Origin: the human T2T-CHM13v2.0 reference genome, Homo sapiens
DNA: 64,000 nt
Assembly (NCBI RefSeq): GCF_009914755.1
Contig: NC_060938.1
Strand: one strand, 5' to 3'
Made by a program: the position numbers and the translations under genes. Position 1 is the first letter of the stretch. The number at the start of each line of letters is the position of its first letter. The notes below the pieces were generated by a model. That model made no database searches. It was not told the DNA's origin and was given only the letters and a program-made list of their open reading frames with translations. Below, piece after piece: positions 59,804-64,000 of the stretch.

Positions 59804-60629
59804 GTCTTTCCATTTTTAAGGTCTACTTTAATTGATATCAACAACATTTGGTAGTTTTCAGACTATAAATTTTACACTTTTTAAAAGGTTTATTTCTAAG
59901 TATTTTATTCTTTTTGATGCTATTATAAATGAAATTTAAAAATTTTTATCTTTGTTCATTGCAAGTTTATAAAAACACAATTGATTTTTGTATATTGATC
60001 TGGTATCCTGAAATCTTGTTGAATTCATTTATTTCTTCTGGCTAATTCTTAATGGGAAAACTTTTTTCCCCCTTTAATTCCATTTCTTATTTCTAAGTTT
60101 TCTGAGCCAACCTTGGCTTTGTAAGTGCTTCCCCCTCCCGCCTGTAAGGTGTGAGCCCCCATTTTTAACACACGTAGGCTGAACATTTCAAAAGCAGATA
60201 AATCTGATGAAACTAGATAGTCCTCCATTCTTTATTGGTTTCACTCTTGCACTGAGTCTAAGGTATGGAACAAGATGGGGAATAATTTTAGGTATCAGGG
60301 CAAGGCAGGAAAAGGAGATCTATTTATCCTGGGAGTGGGAAGAGAGGGTCTGAGCAGAAAGAAGAGTAAAGGAGAGGGAGCAAGAACAAGGAAATGCCCA
60401 GCACTGTGAGGTGAGTTCCCAGAGAACACGTGAGAAGCAAGCAAAAGCTCAAAGAGGTGAGGGAACAGTGAAGAGGGTGCAGTGAGGACAGGATTCAGAC
60501 AAAGGCACATCAGGGTGTCTTTGAGCCTGTTTGCCTGGGATAGGAGGTGCCAGCAACTCACCTAGGAAGGGCTCTTTAGTTTTGATGAGGCTGGGTGTAA
60601 AGAATATGATTGCCACCAATTTATCAATA

Positions 60630-60840
60630 TCTATATCAATTGTGTGTCTGCTCTGTGTCAGGCACTGTGCTGGTACTTACATTCATGACTCCTTAAAATG
60701 ACTCTGGATTATAGACCGTGATATATCCATTTTGCTGGCAAGGGAACTGAGTCTTGGAGAAGTTCAGGAACTTTCTCAGTTAGTAAGGGACAAAGGAGCT
60801 CAGAGTTGGCTTCTTTGACTTCTAAGTCTGCCTTCTTCCT
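60630..60840 (-). mobile_element. MIR
   Basis: tgtgtcaggcactgtgct...ccattttgc...aactgagtc. Confidence 0.65.
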
Positions 60841-61981
60841 GCCCTGTCCCAAAGCCTCCTGAGCACTGGGTTGGGGGAGTATGCTCTGTGTGCCTGCTCT
60901 TTTCTTCCTTCCTGCAGAGGTTGCCTCCCTAGCCTCCTCTGAACATTTCTTTCTTAAGGTATAGTGTGTGGGTGAGTTGCTTCTAGGTCTGCTCTGTATC
61001 ACCGTTTTGCAGGGTATTCTGAACTGAGCTTTACCCCGATGGCCAGAGTTTGCTGCCTTATTCAGGCCTTTGCTGAGTCCAGGTGAGAGAGCTAGGAATG
61101 GGAAATGTGAAACACACACTCCCTTTTGCACTCAGAGTTCTATGACAAGTTGGGAGATGAGCTTTCTTTGTCTTTGGGCAGACTTACCTGGATTTAGTTT
61201 TGTAGCTATAGGAGAAGCCCATGGCCATCCCACCAACACTTTGGCTGAGCTACTAACACTTGGCCACCTAGAAAAGCAACTGGGACATAGTTGGATCTCA
61301 AAATATTTGTTGAATGTTGAATAAATGGTTTCTAGTCTTTGCCCCAGCACCAGCATTATTGGGGGCTGTATTCAGTTAATGATTTTCACAATGGGAGGCA
61401 GTTCTAGTTTAGTTGAGGCAGTGGGACCCCTTGTTATCATAGATACCACGTTCACAAGCTCATCTTTCTGTTAAGTGAGCAAATATTTATTGCTTTCTGA
61501 AGAGGTGCCAGGGACAGACCAGCCAACGAATGCTGGTTCTCACGGAATTTAGAATTCAGAGGGGTAAACAGACATAAAATAACTACATGTGGCCAAATCC
61601 TGGGCACGGCTGTCTTTTGTTTCCATGTGGCTTTTTATGTGGCTTTTCTCGACAAAACAACACCTATCATTGTGCCAGCTCCTTCCTTCTCCCTCTTGCC
61701 TTCCCTAGGCTTTCAGTGTTACATCTCCATCTCCAGCCATCCTTTCCTTCTGCCCCTCACCTCGGCACTGGGTATCAGTTTACCCTTTTCCCTGCAACAG
61801 TGGCTTTCCATGTCTGCCTCTCTGAAGAGCTCCAGGCAAACAGCACAGGGCTCTTATTAATCTTGATCTGTAAATCATTCTCCCACCCTCACCTCCACTC
61901 ATAAATTCTGGTCCTCATGTGGAGCACCTCTTGGTTGAGATGGGTTTTGCAGAGCACTTTCTGCCATCAGAAGGAACATTC

Positions 61982-61982
<1 letters not shown>

Positions 61983-62016
<34 letters not shown>

Positions 62017-62017
62017 G

Positions 62018-62080
<63 letters not shown>
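61983..62080 (+). repeat. (GA)n microsatellite, ~98 bp with a short G-rich interruption
   Basis: Direct reading. Confidence 0.97.
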
Positions 62081-62084
<4 letters not shown>

Positions 62085-62502
62085 TGTGGGAAAACATCCT
62101 CTTAGGCTTAATTCTTCCTGGGTGAATTGCATGTGGCCGAGTTCCACCCCAGGAGTAAAAGCAATTCTTATATTTATTTCCATCCCTGTCTCCTTTGCTG
62201 AACATGTCTTTAAGGACATTTACTGGGTCAGATGCAGGGTCAGGGATGGAGATGTATATAGTGAGCAGTCACAGTCCCTGTTCTGCTCTGTAGGAGAGAC
62301 AGGGTGTACCTATCAAATGTTAGCTAATGAGATATTATGGAATTATAGAATGTCAAAATTAGAAGTTACCTTATCATTTATTCTAATACTTTGCAAACTT
62401 CTTTGATCATGACCCACAGTAAGAAATATATTATGAACCAGTATGTATGTATTACATTATCCATACATATGTATATACACACAAATATATATGTCTGTCC
62501 CT

Positions 62503-62612
62503 ATCATTTATCAGTCATCTATTTATCATATAACTGTATCTTACAAAAGTTTTACATCATTTATCAGTCATCTCTCTATTTATCATATAACTGTATCTTA
62601 CAAAAGTTTTAC
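62503..62612 (+). repeat. Tandem duplication (53-bp and 57-bp units)
   Basis: atcatttatcagtcatct[ctct]atttatcatataactgtatcttacaaaagttttac x2. Confidence 0.93.
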
Positions 62613-62685
62613 AAAGCAAGTGTTTCAAAATAGTAGTTGTGTCTTCTTCCATCTCTTGGTCTTGTGTAATGTAGTACCTCTGGAT

Positions 62686-63096
62686 CAGTGGTGTGCTTGA
62701 TTCAGCATGGACCAGCTCATGAGAGTCAGTTTCCAAATTTTCAGCAATGTTGGGAGCTGATTATTAAAGTTGTTATTAAAAATTAAATTCTATAACTTAC
62801 AGATAAATTATGCTAAACACAAGGATAATAAGTACTCAAAACTTATTTCTGAATTACTTGACTACATTTTACTGTTATCTATGCTCTTGAAGTTATTTAT
62901 GTGTATTGTACCTGCATGGTGGAAATAATATCTGATGTATTACTTTCTATCTTGTCCCAATTCTGTGCTCAGAGAAGTCTCATTGGTAGCTTGAAACTGG
63001 TCATAGGGAAAATATTTACATTACAGGGACTGGCAAATGCAATAGGGTTCCAGCCCCTGGAAGGACAGTTGTTAAGCATTTACCAGCATACCATTG
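62686..63096 (+). mobile_element. MER63 (hAT) inserted into a MIR that continues to ~63295
   Basis: TIRs cagtggtgtgct / agcataccattg; 8-bp TSD ctctggat / ctctggag. Confidence 0.85.
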
Positions 63097-64000
63097 CTCT
63101 GGAGTCACACTAGTTGGGTTTAGTCTTAGATCTAGCACTTGCTAGCTGTGTGACTTGGGCAAGTTACTAAACATTTTTGGGCCTGTTTCTTTGTACAATG
63201 CACATCCTTCTAGGGTTGCTTTGAGGATTAAATGAGTTAATACACAAATGCTTAGAACAGTGCCTGGCAGACGGTACATAGAGAGGTGTTACCTGTCGTC
63301 TGGGCTAACTGTTGCTAGGTTATCCCATTCACTCTGGTAGGGTATGGTTTCCTGTTCACTCTCTCCTTACCTTGGCTTCGGACTTGACATATGTGTTCGT
63401 CTTCTCTTCCCAGCCAGATCATAGGTTCCCTGAGAGCAAGAGTGATTGGCTTCTTTGTAAACTCTAGGTCTCAGTCTTAAATGAGGCGCAATCTAGATGC
63501 TCAATCTCATTGACCAAATTACAAAAAACTTGTCTAATATCCAATGGGAACCCTCAGAACATAAGGACAATACTTACCATTACTATGCATATACTTTCTA
63601 TTCTATTTCATGTGCTGACCCACAGCTCACTAAATTAATTTTGTGACTCAATATTAAGTCCAAACATTGCAGTTTGGAAATGCAATGTTCTAGCGATCTA
63701 CCTGGAGCTTGCACTCTCTCCAGTTGTCAAGCACTCCTTGCTTGAATTTCTTTGGTGATGGAGAACGTAGTGTCTACCTAGGAAGCCAGTTCTATCTTTG
63801 TGAGCTTTGGCTGTTCATACATTTTTCTTATAATGATACTAACCCTGGTCTTCCACAGATAACTGACTCCTTCTTCCAGGTAAAATCTCTTCCAGTGTTT
63901 CAAAACAGCAGTTGCCCTGCCTCTCTGTGGCATCCTTCTTCTCCTGGTGGAGGGCCCTGGGCTTGGATGATTGACTTGAGGAAGAGTAAGTATTTCTGTT

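Noticed and set aside
61899-62219. RE/SL dipeptide-repeat ORFs
   Set aside because: Translation of the (GA)n microsatellite

Overview
Primate (very probably human) genomic DNA, repeat-dense, with no intact protein-coding exon, CpG island or functional RNA gene that I can recognise. It looks intergenic or deep intronic. It holds about 30 Alus (J, S, Y), several L1s (L1PA, L1PB, L1M), many MaLR/ERVL/ERV1 LTRs, hAT and Tigger DNA-transposon fossils, and MIR/L2 remnants. The one gene-derived feature is a 5'-truncated processed pseudogene of frataxin (FXN) on the minus strand (~38616-39311). It has a stop-free frame covering FXN residues 98-210, the proximal 3'UTR, a poly(A) and a degenerate TSD. 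The most unusual observations are: (1) a tRNA-Asn 5'-half fused in inverted orientation to the 5' end of an L1PA inside one TSD pair; (2) a twin-primed, inverted L1PA with a large internal gap; (3) several locally templated insertion scars (a 209-bp copy, a 31-bp copy with a snap-back hairpin, and an 8-bp quasi-palindrome); (4) two Alus inserted at the same target site, leaving a triple TSD; (5) three-armed chimeric Alus and an AluYd-type element. Nearly all ORFs in the track are repeat-derived noise. I found no support for a new multi-gene system. Repeat subfamily names come from recalled consensus sequences, not a database search, and boundaries without TSDs are approximate.
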